Source of the DNA: an uncultured Pseudomonadota bacterium
Lineage (GTDB): Bacteria; Babelota; Babeliae; Babelales; Vermiphilaceae
NCBI GenBank assembly: GCA_964392765.1
Contig: CAYMRF010000001.1
Span: forward strand, 3,744-67,743
Direction of reading: 5' to 3'
DNA: 64,000 bases
The stretch's first letter is position 1. Each line of letters opens with the position of its first letter. Both the position numbers and the translations under genes were made by a program. Under the pieces are notes generated by a model, which was not told the origin of the DNA, did no database searches, and worked only from the letters and a program-made list of their open reading frames with translations. This document shows positions 41,550-51,440 of this stretch, one piece after another.

Positions 41550-44342
41550 TTTCTTTTTCTCTTCCAATCTGCCGACTTTTAGGGTAAACATTGCCTCATT
41601 GCGCAATACTTTTTTAGCAGCTTCTTTCATCTGATCGATGGTAATCGCAGATAATTTTTCTGCTCGAGTATCATAATAATCAGCCGGGAATCCATAACGG
41701 TCCATACTCAAGAAAACATTAGCCATGTTCGCATTTGATGCAAAATTATCCACCACCGCATTGATAATCGCACGCTTTGCCTCTAAGAACTCTCGATCGG
41801 TCACTTGATCAACTGCTTCATCAATTACTTTTTTAATAGCTTTTTCTGCTTCCGCAAGACGATCAAGCGAAACGATGGTGGTCACCTTCACCATACCCGG
41901 CTGCTCGGTAGCTCCCGAAACAAGCGAACCACTAATATTATAAAAGAGGCCAGATTGCTCGCGCAATTGATACAACTTTGAATGCAGCGAACCTAATACC
42001 CCGCCTCCAAAGGTTTGATCAAAAAGTAACAACTTATCATAATCGGGATTTTTGCGATCTACTGAAAGTCCTGCAAAGCATAATACTACTTGATCACGAT
42101 TAATAGGATGAATCTTTTCGCACGATTTAATAGGCTCAAGCGCCGGGAAAGCGATAGATTCAACTTTTGGACCCTTAAATTGACCGATCGTTTTTTCCAA
42201 TAAAGGCTTTAAATCGTAGGAACCAATATCACCGACTATCGCAAGACGCGCGCCATCAGGGCTAAAATATTTTTTATGGAATGCAATGAGATCATTTTTA
42301 GTAATCTTGCTGATTGATTCCTCTGTGCCTAACGTATTTTTAGCAAATGGATGGCCTTTATAAACATGTTCTTCTACCAGTTGTTTTGCAAAACTACGCG
42401 GATTATCCCAGAAAAATTTTATTGATGAGAGAAGTTGCTCGCGCACTTTCTCTATCTCTTCATCATCAAAACGAGGACGCGCAACAATCTCTTCTAAAAG
42501 CTCAAGCCCTTTTTGCAAATCAGACGCAAGCAAATTCATCATGATTACGCCTGGAGCAACGCTCACATTCATGCCACGCATTTCTAATTCATCAGTAAGC
42601 TGCTTTGCGGTGTAATTTTTAGTGCCCTCAAGCAATAATGAAGAAACGAAATTATATATGCCCGGCAACTCTTGGCTGTCATAATAGCTTCTTGCCTTAA
42701 GCTCAAAAATCAAATCGATTTTTGGAGTATTGTCATTGCAATAATAAAGTACTTTAATACCATTGCTGAGCATCATCGTTTGATATTTGGGAAAATCAAA
42801 TCGTGTTGCTTCATTTACCTTTACCTTATTTGCAAAAGATGGCGCCTCAATGGGTGAAGTTCGCGGGCGCGCCGCTAAAAATTTAGTATCATACTCATCT
42901 GATTTCTTTTGCATTGCCGCCCATTCTTTTTTATCTTGCTCAGAAAGAGGGAGCAGCAATCCGGTATGCATAAGCGATGGTTTAAAATAGGTGCGCAATA
43001 TTTCTTGAATCTGTTTTTCAACCTCTTCTTTTGGCTCATTCAAAAATTGAAACGCAAAATTTTCATCGCCGGTTGAAAGGTATGCTTTGCCAATCTCCCG
43101 CGCTTGCGTTTCAATACTCTCGAGCAGATTATAATAACTACGCAGCGATTGCTTGAGCGCACGAGTGTATTCTTGATCGGTTAATCCATTTTGAACGATA
43201 TCATCTATCTCTTTTTGCACGATCTCATGAATGAGGGGAATATCCGCCACATTTTTAGGCTCAAACATAATCATAAAAAGTCCATGCTCAAACAAGAGCC
43301 ATGGAGCCGAGCCTAAATCGGTTACTAAATGCAGCTCGTCTACAAGCTTGCGATAAAGGCGGGATCCTTTTCCACTGCCTAATACCATATTAATAACATC
43401 AAACAAATGTTCGTTTTTGGTTTGTAATCCAGGAACCACATATCCCATAACTGCAAATGGTTGCTGTACATCGCGATAGAGCGTTACGTTATGCGAAATG
43501 ATATCTTTATTAAAATAGAATTCTTCTTTTTTATAATCTTTATTAGCAGGAATTTTTTCAAAATATTTTTTCGCTTGTGCAAACGCATCTTCTGGATCAA
43601 CATCTCCTACGATCACTAATGTTGCATTATTTGGCCAGTAATGCTTTTTATAGAACGCGCGTAAGCGATCGGCATGCACATCAAATAAATCTTGTTTAAA
43701 GCCAATTACCGGATAATGGTATGGATGATCGGGGAATATTGCAGAGAACATTTCAAGCATAAGCGAACGAGCATAATTATCGCGCCCCATTTTGAGCTCT
43801 TGAATCACTGCCTTCATTTCAGAATTAAGGTGATCATCTTTAAAGCTCACGTTTTGCATGCAATCGGCAAAAAGAGCCAATGCTTGATGCCAATTTTGCA
43901 CCGGCATATTAAAAAGATAACCGGTATAATCATGAGAAGTAAACGCGTTGGTAGAGCCTGAAAGCATCTGGGTGATTACGTTAATATCAGATTCAGATAG
44001 CTGCTTGGTTCCCTTAAAGAACATATGCTCAATAAGATGAGCGATGCCTTTTTCACTCGTTTTTTCATCTTTTGAGCCAACGTTATACCAAATTTGAAGC
44101 GTTACTTTTGGCAATGCATGAACCGGACGCACCAAGACCGTCATGCCATTAGCGAGCACTCTTTTAAACACATGCGGCTGTTGATTTTGATCCATTTTAA
44201 TATTCATGTTTTCCTGATTTTTACTTAAATTTTGATCCAGTCCGGATTTTAATGTGCCAAAAAGTATATTACTACTTAAATTTGCCAGCCATATCATCGA
44301 TAAGAGCAGGGTTTTCCCCACTCTTAGTATACTCTTTTTCAT
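41544..44342 (-). CDS. secreted fused M16 (pitrilysin-family) zinc peptidase, four-domain
   Basis: Signal-like MKKSILRVGKTLLLSMIWLANLSS. HxxEH motif HLIEH. About 930 aa, i.e. two M16 halves. Confidence 0.85.
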   Translation of the reverse strand: MKKSILRVGKTLLLSMIWLANLSSNILFGTLKSGLDQNLSKNQENMNIKMDQNQQPHVFKRVLANGMTVLVRPVHALPKVTLQIWYNVGSKDEKTSEKGIAHLIEHMFFKGTKQLSESDINVITQMLSGSTNAFTSHDYTGYLFNMPVQNWHQALALFADCMQNVSFKDDHLNSEMKAVIQELKMGRDNYARSLMLEMFSAIFPDHPYHYPVIGFKQDLFDVHADRLRAFYKKHYWPNNATLVIVGDVDPEDAFAQAKKYFEKIPANKDYKKEEFYFNKDIISHNVTLYRDVQQPFAVMGYVVPGLQTKNEHLFDVINMVLGSGKGSRLYRKLVDELHLVTDLGSAPWLLFEHGLFMIMFEPKNVADIPLIHEIVQKEIDDIVQNGLTDQEYTRALKQSLRSYYNLLESIETQAREIGKAYLSTGDENFAFQFLNEPKEEVEKQIQEILRTYFKPSLMHTGLLLPLSEQDKKEWAAMQKKSDEYDTKFLAARPRTSPIEAPSFANKVKVNEATRFDFPKYQTMMLSNGIKVLYYCNDNTPKIDLIFELKARSYYDSQELPGIYNFVSSLLLEGTKNYTAKQLTDELEMRGMNVSVAPGVIMMNLLASDLQKGLELLEEIVARPRFDDEEIEKVREQLLSSIKFFWDNPRSFAKQLVEEHVYKGHPFAKNTLGTEESISKITKNDLIAFHKKYFSPDGARLAIVGDIGSYDLKPLLEKTIGQFKGPKVESIAFPALEPIKSCEKIHPINRDQVVLCFAGLSVDRKNPDYDKLLLFDQTFGGGVLGSLHSKLYQLREQSGLFYNISGSLVSGATEQPGMVKVTTIVSLDRLAEAEKAIKKVIDEAVDQVTDREFLEAKRAIINAVVDNFASNANMANVFLSMDRYGFPADYYDTRAEKLSAITIDQMKEAAKKVLRNEAMFTLKVGRLEEKKKL

Positions 44343-44429
44343 AATTTCATCCCTCATTAATATTTACTCGGTACTTTTTCAATGGTAATAGTCTAACGTA
44401 TATCTTTTGTTTTTTAGAAGGTTTCAGTA

Positions 44430-45104
44430 ATGATTTTTTATGTAATTTCACTTTTGTTTCTTATTCCCTATGCTTGCGCAATGGAGAATAGTGAAGAAGA
44501 AAATCAAAATGATTCCAAGCTGCAAAAAACCCAAATACTAACCAGGAGCTTCATGGAGGGATTGGAAGGATTTTGCGCGAATCTTTTGCACTCCGCATCT
44601 CATGCGGGCAATTTATTTGAAGCGCTCGATTCCTCAGATTTTGCCGCCATTGAAAGATTTGCTACGCCACAAACAGTAAATACTATTGATGCTCACGGTT
44701 GCACCCCGCTGCTTAAAGCAACTGCCCGCTACGAGCATAATAAAACTGAAACCCTAAATATTTTACAAATACTTTTAAGAAAATCTGCAAACTTAAATCA
44801 GACCGGGTTTCTAAACAACTTAAAACTTCTTCCATTGGATGTAGCCACTGGATACGCCCTGACTCATAATGATTTTACGGTTGTTCGATTGTTTCTAGGA
44901 GCCGGCGCTAACCCAAAGCTTATTACTGACCCAGATGAGCCTGAAGAAGAACTTCGCTGCGCATATGATATGGCAAAGGATCTTGTGAGGCTTCCTAATT
45001 TATGCCCTTGTTCGCGGGGGAGCTGTCCTGGTAATACCCAATCTACCGCAACAAGACTTCTTGAAATTTTTGATGCACATCTCGCAAATAAAACTAACGA
45101 GTAA
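44430..45104 (+). CDS. secreted ankyrin-repeat protein (short member of a local trio)
   Basis: Signal MIFYVISLLFLIPYACA. ANK-like module (HGCTPLLKA...ILQILLRKSANLNQ). C-terminal CPCSRGSC...LLEIFDAHLA. Confidence 0.7.
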   Translation: MIFYVISLLFLIPYACAMENSEEENQNDSKLQKTQILTRSFMEGLEGFCANLLHSASHAGNLFEALDSSDFAAIERFATPQTVNTIDAHGCTPLLKATARYEHNKTETLNILQILLRKSANLNQTGFLNNLKLLPLDVATGYALTHNDFTVVRLFLGAGANPKLITDPDEPEEELRCAYDMAKDLVRLPNLCPCSRGSCPGNTQSTATRLLEIFDAHLANKTNE

Positions 45105-45216
45105 TTTTTATGCAATGTCATCACACAAGTAGAGCTAAACTTGTTATTGATATTACATTATACTAACGCGAGTTTAACTATAGAAAATAATTATTTGCTC
45201 ATCATCAAAGGTCCTT

Positions 45217-46362
45217 ATGTATTGTTTACTTTTAGCTATTTTTTTATCCTGTTCGTTAAACACCACTTACTTGTATGCAATGGAAGATTCCAATAGAAAC
45301 AGGCAAGAGCAGCCATCTACGGCTCGTAAAACAAGAAAAATAGTATTATTAGTCAACCGTGCTCTACCTCATTCAAATCAGGCACTTTATAATCAAAAAG
45401 AGCACCTTGCTGTTGAGGCTGCAGAAAGTTGTGATTTGATTGAATTACAAAAATATGTAACTCCCGCCAATGTAAACATAATAAAGAGTCAATCAGGATT
45501 AAGTTTGCTCTCTCTTTCATTGAGAAGACAGACAGAAGAAGAACATTTTGATACATCTGCTCCTGATTACTTAATAGCGCAAGGTGCATCAATCCACGAA
45601 AAAACAGAAGGGAAAGAGCAATGCTCGCCTCTTGTCTACTCAGTGGGCGCGGCAATTTTGGGCAATAACTTTTCCCCTCTGGAATATTTACTCTCAAAGA
45701 ACGGTAACCCATTTACATTAGATCAAAACGCACTGGGATCAAGCGCCGCTGGCCTCACGGTTCAACTTAAAAATTCTCCGTTGCCTACCGATGCAGTCGC
45801 TAGAAAAAAACGTGTTCTTGCGATGTTTTGTGAGCGAGTTAAAAATTTACCCCAAGCGCTTGAAACCTATGATCTTTTAACTATTCAGAGATTTTTAAAT
45901 CCTGAAACCGTAAACAGGATTGATGAAGAAGGACTTACTCCTTTGCTCAGAGTAGTGTTTAATTATACTGCCAGCACAAGGCAAATAACCTATCAAATAC
46001 TAGATCTGTTGCTACGAACAGGCGCTAACCCCAATCAAGTAGGAGCAATACAGGGAATCAAAAAAACTCCTTTGTTTTTTACCACAGAAATTGCGCTGCT
46101 AACTGGCGATACGCTTGCTATTCCGCCGCTATTAAAACATGGCGCAAATCCAAAACTTGAAGCAGATCCAGATACTATGCAACCTCCTTTTAATTCAGCG
46201 TATGCAATGGCACGTTATTATAGCACGCAACCAAGCATGCGTAGTGTAGACAGGCTCCCGCCCGAAGATGTTCTTCTTAGAAGAACTGCCGCAAATCTTG
46301 TTGCACTTTTTGATGTACATGAAGCAAGAAAAATCTCAACTAAAAGCCTCAATTTAGAATAA
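45217..46362 (+). CDS. secreted ankyrin-repeat protein (two-module member)
   Basis: Signal MYCLLLAIFLSCSLNTTYLYA. Two modules, each similar to the 44430 protein. C-terminal LVALFDVHEA. Confidence 0.7.
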   Translation: MYCLLLAIFLSCSLNTTYLYAMEDSNRNRQEQPSTARKTRKIVLLVNRALPHSNQALYNQKEHLAVEAAESCDLIELQKYVTPANVNIIKSQSGLSLLSLSLRRQTEEEHFDTSAPDYLIAQGASIHEKTEGKEQCSPLVYSVGAAILGNNFSPLEYLLSKNGNPFTLDQNALGSSAAGLTVQLKNSPLPTDAVARKKRVLAMFCERVKNLPQALETYDLLTIQRFLNPETVNRIDEEGLTPLLRVVFNYTASTRQITYQILDLLLRTGANPNQVGAIQGIKKTPLFFTTEIALLTGDTLAIPPLLKHGANPKLEADPDTMQPPFNSAYAMARYYSTQPSMRSVDRLPPEDVLLRRTAANLVALFDVHEARKISTKSLNLE

Positions 46363-46390
46363 TTTATTACTTCTCTAACAAAGGAACTCT

Positions 46391-47542
46391 ATGTCACGAA
46401 TTATTTTGTCAGTCTATTTACTTGTTTCATTAAGCAGCGTTAGCTTACGGGCAATGGTTGATCCTCGTGAAGATCAAGAGCAGCCAAAACAAACCCCAGG
46501 GCCAAGAGGACAAATAATATTTTACTCCTCAATGGAGGAGATGAAAGCTATATATGCAAATCTTTTTAGGCCAGAAGGCGCAACTCCTGAAGCTACAGAT
46601 GCTGCATCTACATGCAATCTTGAGAAATTAAAACAGCATGTTGATTCAAATAATGTGAACGTTGCCGATCGCGAAAAACACGCAAGTTTACTTTCTCTCG
46701 CGCTAGCAAAGCAAGCACAAGAAAAGAAGTTTGATCCAGCAGCTCCAGACTATTTAATCAGCCTAAGAGCTTTTACTGACAGGCGAAGCACCACCGCAGA
46801 ACTAGCTTCTCCTCTCATGCAAGCGGCATCATTGGCGATCTTTCAGAGAAGATTCGCGCCCGTTGAATATTTGCTTGGAAAAAAAGCTAATCCATTTTTA
46901 CCAAATCAAATCCATACCGGTTGGAGCGCCGCTGAAGCCACCTTTCAATGCAGAGAGAACCAAGATCCTTCTGGAGAAATATATGCAAACATAGCACGCC
47001 TGATGGCCATGTTTGCCCCACACGCACGCACTATTCATGATGCGCTAGAAACTTATGATATCCTTACCATTAAAAAATTTGCTGACCCGCAAAGCATTAA
47101 TACTCCGGATGCGCAAGGTTGCACACCACTATTAAAAATAATGGGACGCTATTGCCCTCATCTGAACATCAAGCCTGAAGTGACTACCATTCTAAAATTG
47201 CTTTTTCTGCGCAAGGCTAATCCTAACCAAGTGGGAATTTGGAATGGTTTCAAAGCTGCTCCATTAGATTTAGCAACGTACGACGCCGTGCAATCTAGTG
47301 ATACCTCATTAGTTTCACTCTTTTTGGAGGCTGGAGCAAATCCAAAACTAGACACCAATCCTGAAAACAAAGAAGAAGTAGCTCGCTGCTCATATGATAT
47401 AGCCACGCATTTTAAATCGGCACCAAATGAGTGCCCATGCGGAAAAGAAAGCTGCGAAGCTGGTTACCAAGCCAAAAGAGCTACCGCGTCAAAATTATTA
47501 GAGCTTTTTGATGCACATATAGCACAACAAGCTTCTAAGTAA
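46391..47542 (+). CDS. secreted ankyrin-repeat protein (two-module member)
   Basis: Signal MSRIILSVYLLVSLSSVSLRA. Same architecture as 45217. C-terminal CPCGKESC...LLELFDAHIA. Confidence 0.7.
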   Translation: MSRIILSVYLLVSLSSVSLRAMVDPREDQEQPKQTPGPRGQIIFYSSMEEMKAIYANLFRPEGATPEATDAASTCNLEKLKQHVDSNNVNVADREKHASLLSLALAKQAQEKKFDPAAPDYLISLRAFTDRRSTTAELASPLMQAASLAIFQRRFAPVEYLLGKKANPFLPNQIHTGWSAAEATFQCRENQDPSGEIYANIARLMAMFAPHARTIHDALETYDILTIKKFADPQSINTPDAQGCTPLLKIMGRYCPHLNIKPEVTTILKLLFLRKANPNQVGIWNGFKAAPLDLATYDAVQSSDTSLVSLFLEAGANPKLDTNPENKEEVARCSYDIATHFKSAPNECPCGKESCEAGYQAKRATASKLLELFDAHIAQQASK

Positions 47543-47573
47543 TAACTTCTTAAGTGGAGGTTATTTTATTTGC

Positions 47574-50201
47574 CTAAATTCTTCCAATTCGGATACGAAT
47601 GAGTTTATTTGGATCTAAAACTTCATTCACCGCAGCTTCAATCTCAGCTTTGCTAATTGCTTTTAAATTTTTTAAGCGGGTATCAAAATAATCCGCGGGT
47701 AAATTGAATCGATCAATAAATAAAAATGCTTCTGCCATATTATAATTAGATTCAAAATGATCAACCAATGAGTTCACGAGTGCATTGCGCGCATGCTCAA
47801 TATCAAGATCATTAAGCTTCTTTTTGCATTCGATCATCGCTTGCTCAATCATACGCTCTGCTTCTTCAAGCCGATCATTAGAAACTATGGTACGCAAAAA
47901 CACAATGCCCGGTTGGCTAGAAGATCCATGGGTTAAACGGACCAATGATCCGCCAATCGTATAAAATAAACCTGTTTGCTCCCGCAACTGAAAAAGATAT
48001 GAGCTCATAGAGCCTAAAACACCGCCGGTAAAAATTTGATCAAAAAGCAATAAGGCATCAAATCTCTTATCAAGACGTGAAACAGAACGTCCGGCAAAGC
48101 AAAGCACTGTTTGATCGCGATTACAATACGTGTTCAAATCTTTTTTCTTTACAGCATTGAGAGAAGGATACTCTAAATCAGAGACTTCCATCCCTTGCCA
48201 CTTGCCAAGATACTGGCTCACTTTCTCATGTACATCAATTCCTTCAAGATCTCCAACGATTGCCAATCGAGTTTCCTTAGGAGTACTGTATTTGCGATAC
48301 GCATCGATCAAATCAGCTTGTGTAATCTTCTTTATAGTATCTTGCGTACCTAGCATATTTTTGGAGAATGGATGATCTTTATAGAGCTCAGAATCTACCA
48401 GCTGCGAAACAAATTCGGTAGGCTCATCCCAGAAATTTTTGATGTCTGATTCAATCTGAATTCGCACTCTTTCCAAGTTTTTTTTAGGAAATGTTGCTTT
48501 AGTAACTAATTGATCCAAAAGATGCAAAGCAAAATCGAAGTCTTCTTTAAGAACGGTCATTTGAATCCCGCTTCCAGAAGTACTAATGCCCATACCATGA
48601 GATTCAGCAGCATCAGCCAATTCTTGATCATTATATTTTTCTGTTCCTTCAAGCAACATACTTCTCATAAAGCATATTAAGCCATCTTTGCCCTGAGGAT
48701 CATAAAAAAAGCGAGCTTTAAATTCCAGTCTTAATGAAATTTTAGGCGTTAACTTATTTGAATGAGTTAATAATTTTAAGCCATTAGAAAGTTCAAATGT
48801 TTTTGCTCGAGGATATTTAAATTCAACCGCCTCCTGCGCAATAACTTGCTCAACATACGCACCGCATTCCACGGTTGTTTCGCGAACTTTGCGCGAAAGA
48901 ATACGCTCATCCTCCTTATCCGATTGCTCTTGCATCGCAAGCCATTCAATTTTTTCTTGCTCATTGAGCGCTAATACTACTCCTTTGCTCATTACCGAAG
49001 GACGCAAATAATTTTTAAAAAATTGATCAACATCTTTTTTACTAAGCTGCTGTTGCAATTCAATATATTCATAAAGAGAATTTTCGTTTTTATTTGCTAA
49101 AAATGAGCCACCAATCTCATAGGCAAGATTCATGCTATTTTCAAAAAGACTGATATGCTCCATATGGGATTGCTTGCGCGCACGTTGCAATTCATGCTCG
49201 CTGATTCCATCTTTATGCAATAATTCTAATTCATCTTTTATAAGTTGAGTAATTGCATCAATCACCGTTTCATCTACGGGGTCAACATTCACAAACAAAA
49301 CACTTTGATCAAACATTTCATAAAGATCTACTTGTAAATCGGTCGCCAATTCTCGTTCGTCTACCAATTTTTTATAAAGGCGAGATCCTTTACCTTCACC
49401 AAAGATCCAGCGCACCACATCTACCATATGCGATTGTTTTGCCTTTAAGCCGGGAATCACCCATGCATACATTAAAATCGGTTGCTGCACATCACGCTTC
49501 AGTATGATCGAATAGGAACGAATATCAGGAGTAAATGCGTGCACCTCTTTTTTATACTCCGGATCCGCGGGAATGTGTTTAAAAGCATCTTCCGCGAGTG
49601 CAATAGCTTCATCTTCGTCTACATCACCTACAATCACAAGTGTTGCATTATTGGGAGTATAGTGCTTCTTATAAAATGCGAGCAATCCTTTTTGGGTGAT
49701 GCTCCATAGATCCTGCTTATAACCAATAATAGGATAGTGATACGGGTGTTCTTTAAAAAGCGTGCTTAAAATCTGTTCGCACAAACTGGTTTGATAATCA
49801 TCCTTATACATTTTTAATTCTTGGATTACTGCTTTAAGCTCAGCGTTCAATAAATCTTCTTTAAAGGTGCAATTGCGCATGCAATTAGCTAAGAGCGGCA
49901 GCGCAATTTTCCAGTTTTGCTTAGGAAAATCAAAAAGGTAACCAGTATAATCATGACCGGTGAATGCATTACAATTGCCCGATAATTTATGGGAAATAAG
50001 ATTAATATCAGACTCAGAAAGAATATCAGTGCCTTTAAAAATCATATGCTCGAGCAAATGCGCCAGGCCTCTTTCTCCATCTTTTTCATCTTTAGAACCC
50101 ACCTCATACCAAAGTTGTATTGCAACCTTGGGAATAGTTTTTTGAGAATATACTAAAATGGTCAACCCATTAGAGAGCACATGCTTTTTTATCTGATTCA
50201 C
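47574..50201 (-). CDS. fused M16 (pitrilysin-family) zinc peptidase, paralog without an obvious signal peptide
   Basis: 875 aa. HLLEH motif. Collinear with 41544..44342 throughout. Confidence 0.85.
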   Translation of the reverse strand: MNQIKKHVLSNGLTILVYSQKTIPKVAIQLWYEVGSKDEKDGERGLAHLLEHMIFKGTDILSESDINLISHKLSGNCNAFTGHDYTGYLFDFPKQNWKIALPLLANCMRNCTFKEDLLNAELKAVIQELKMYKDDYQTSLCEQILSTLFKEHPYHYPIIGYKQDLWSITQKGLLAFYKKHYTPNNATLVIVGDVDEDEAIALAEDAFKHIPADPEYKKEVHAFTPDIRSYSIILKRDVQQPILMYAWVIPGLKAKQSHMVDVVRWIFGEGKGSRLYKKLVDERELATDLQVDLYEMFDQSVLFVNVDPVDETVIDAITQLIKDELELLHKDGISEHELQRARKQSHMEHISLFENSMNLAYEIGGSFLANKNENSLYEYIELQQQLSKKDVDQFFKNYLRPSVMSKGVVLALNEQEKIEWLAMQEQSDKEDERILSRKVRETTVECGAYVEQVIAQEAVEFKYPRAKTFELSNGLKLLTHSNKLTPKISLRLEFKARFFYDPQGKDGLICFMRSMLLEGTEKYNDQELADAAESHGMGISTSGSGIQMTVLKEDFDFALHLLDQLVTKATFPKKNLERVRIQIESDIKNFWDEPTEFVSQLVDSELYKDHPFSKNMLGTQDTIKKITQADLIDAYRKYSTPKETRLAIVGDLEGIDVHEKVSQYLGKWQGMEVSDLEYPSLNAVKKKDLNTYCNRDQTVLCFAGRSVSRLDKRFDALLLFDQIFTGGVLGSMSSYLFQLREQTGLFYTIGGSLVRLTHGSSSQPGIVFLRTIVSNDRLEEAERMIEQAMIECKKKLNDLDIEHARNALVNSLVDHFESNYNMAEAFLFIDRFNLPADYFDTRLKNLKAISKAEIEAAVNEVLDPNKLIRIRIGRI

Positions 50202-50231
50202 AAGAAAAACCTTTAAATATATACTGTTTTA

Positions 50232-51362
50232 ATGAACCTAATAGTAACAAATTTTATATTTCCCCGCCTTCATTATTTATTTTATGCAACATTGTTCCTT
50301 ATGGCGGGCATATCGTGCAGATTTTTGGCACTCCCTTATACGGCTCCACTTGCTCTTGCAATCAGCCTAAGTGTAATAGGATTATGGCAACGCTGGCAAA
50401 AAGGCTTCTGGCAGCCGCTCTTTTTTATTGCCAGTTCGGGACTTTTACTTGGCTTTTTGCTTTGCTTTTTGCAGCTGCAAGATCAGCAGAAATTCCAGAC
50501 TCTTGTTGCCGGTCCTTCCATTTGCTTGCGCGGCACTATTTCCAGCATTGAAAAAATACAAAATCCTCGATTCAATGTGCGCATGATCCTTGAAGTAGAT
50601 CAGCTTCAAAAAGAAGATCAATGGATCCCCTGCGGGCAAACCATTGCGCTTTATGTAAATAGCAGGCCGGATCTTTTGGTTGCAGATAGGATAGAAATTA
50701 CAAACGTGATCTTTAAACCAATTTCAAACACATCATTCACTACCTATTTAGCCAAAGAAAAGATCTGTGCAACGCTTTTTCTTGAATCACTAAATTATAA
50801 ATTTCTTGAGCGCCCCAATTTTAGTCTCAACCGCTCGCTCTTTTATTTCAAAGAATCGCTTTTTAAATCTTTGCGATCCAAAATAAATTATGAAACATTC
50901 CAACTCTTCTCTTCAATATTTCTGGGAAATCGCGTTGCAGTAAAAAAACAAATGGATACCACCAAAGAGCCGTTTAAAATATGGGGCACCAGCCATTATC
51001 TTGCGCGCTCAGGATTACATTTAGTTATTTTTGTGATTGTTTGGCATTTTCTTTTGAGCCTGCTTCCGCTTACCTATCTATTTAAACAGCTCTTTCTTTT
51101 GCTTCTTATTCTGGTTTACGCACTTCTTTCTTGGTCAAGCGTTTCGTTTGAACGCGCACTCTTAATGGTACTTATTTATAAATGTTGCCTCTTAGCAAAA
51201 TCCCCCTCCCATTACATCCACTTAATTGTATTGGTTACTCTGCTAGTACTCATAATGAATCCCCTACAACTCTTTTTTCTTGATTTTCAACTGAGCTTTG
51301 GCCTCACCTTTGCACTCGCATGGTTTAATTACATTGAAGCCCGCAAAAAACAGGCCTCTTAA
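50232..51362 (+). CDS. ComEC/Rec2-like membrane protein (competence domain only, no metallo-beta-lactamase domain)
   Basis: Multi-pass membrane protein. The signature WGTSHYLARSGLHLVIF matches the ComEC core G..HL.A.SGLH. Start position uncertain. Confidence 0.65.
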   Translation: MNLIVTNFIFPRLHYLFYATLFLMAGISCRFLALPYTAPLALAISLSVIGLWQRWQKGFWQPLFFIASSGLLLGFLLCFLQLQDQQKFQTLVAGPSICLRGTISSIEKIQNPRFNVRMILEVDQLQKEDQWIPCGQTIALYVNSRPDLLVADRIEITNVIFKPISNTSFTTYLAKEKICATLFLESLNYKFLERPNFSLNRSLFYFKESLFKSLRSKINYETFQLFSSIFLGNRVAVKKQMDTTKEPFKIWGTSHYLARSGLHLVIFVIVWHFLLSLLPLTYLFKQLFLLLLILVYALLSWSSVSFERALLMVLIYKCCLLAKSPSHYIHLIVLVTLLVLIMNPLQLFFLDFQLSFGLTFALAWFNYIEARKKQAS

Positions 51363-51440
51363 TAAAAATATTGTTTCCCACTCATCAATTTGAATACCTT
51401 TAGTGTATAAAAGGCATCGCCATTAAAGGGGAGTAGGGAT

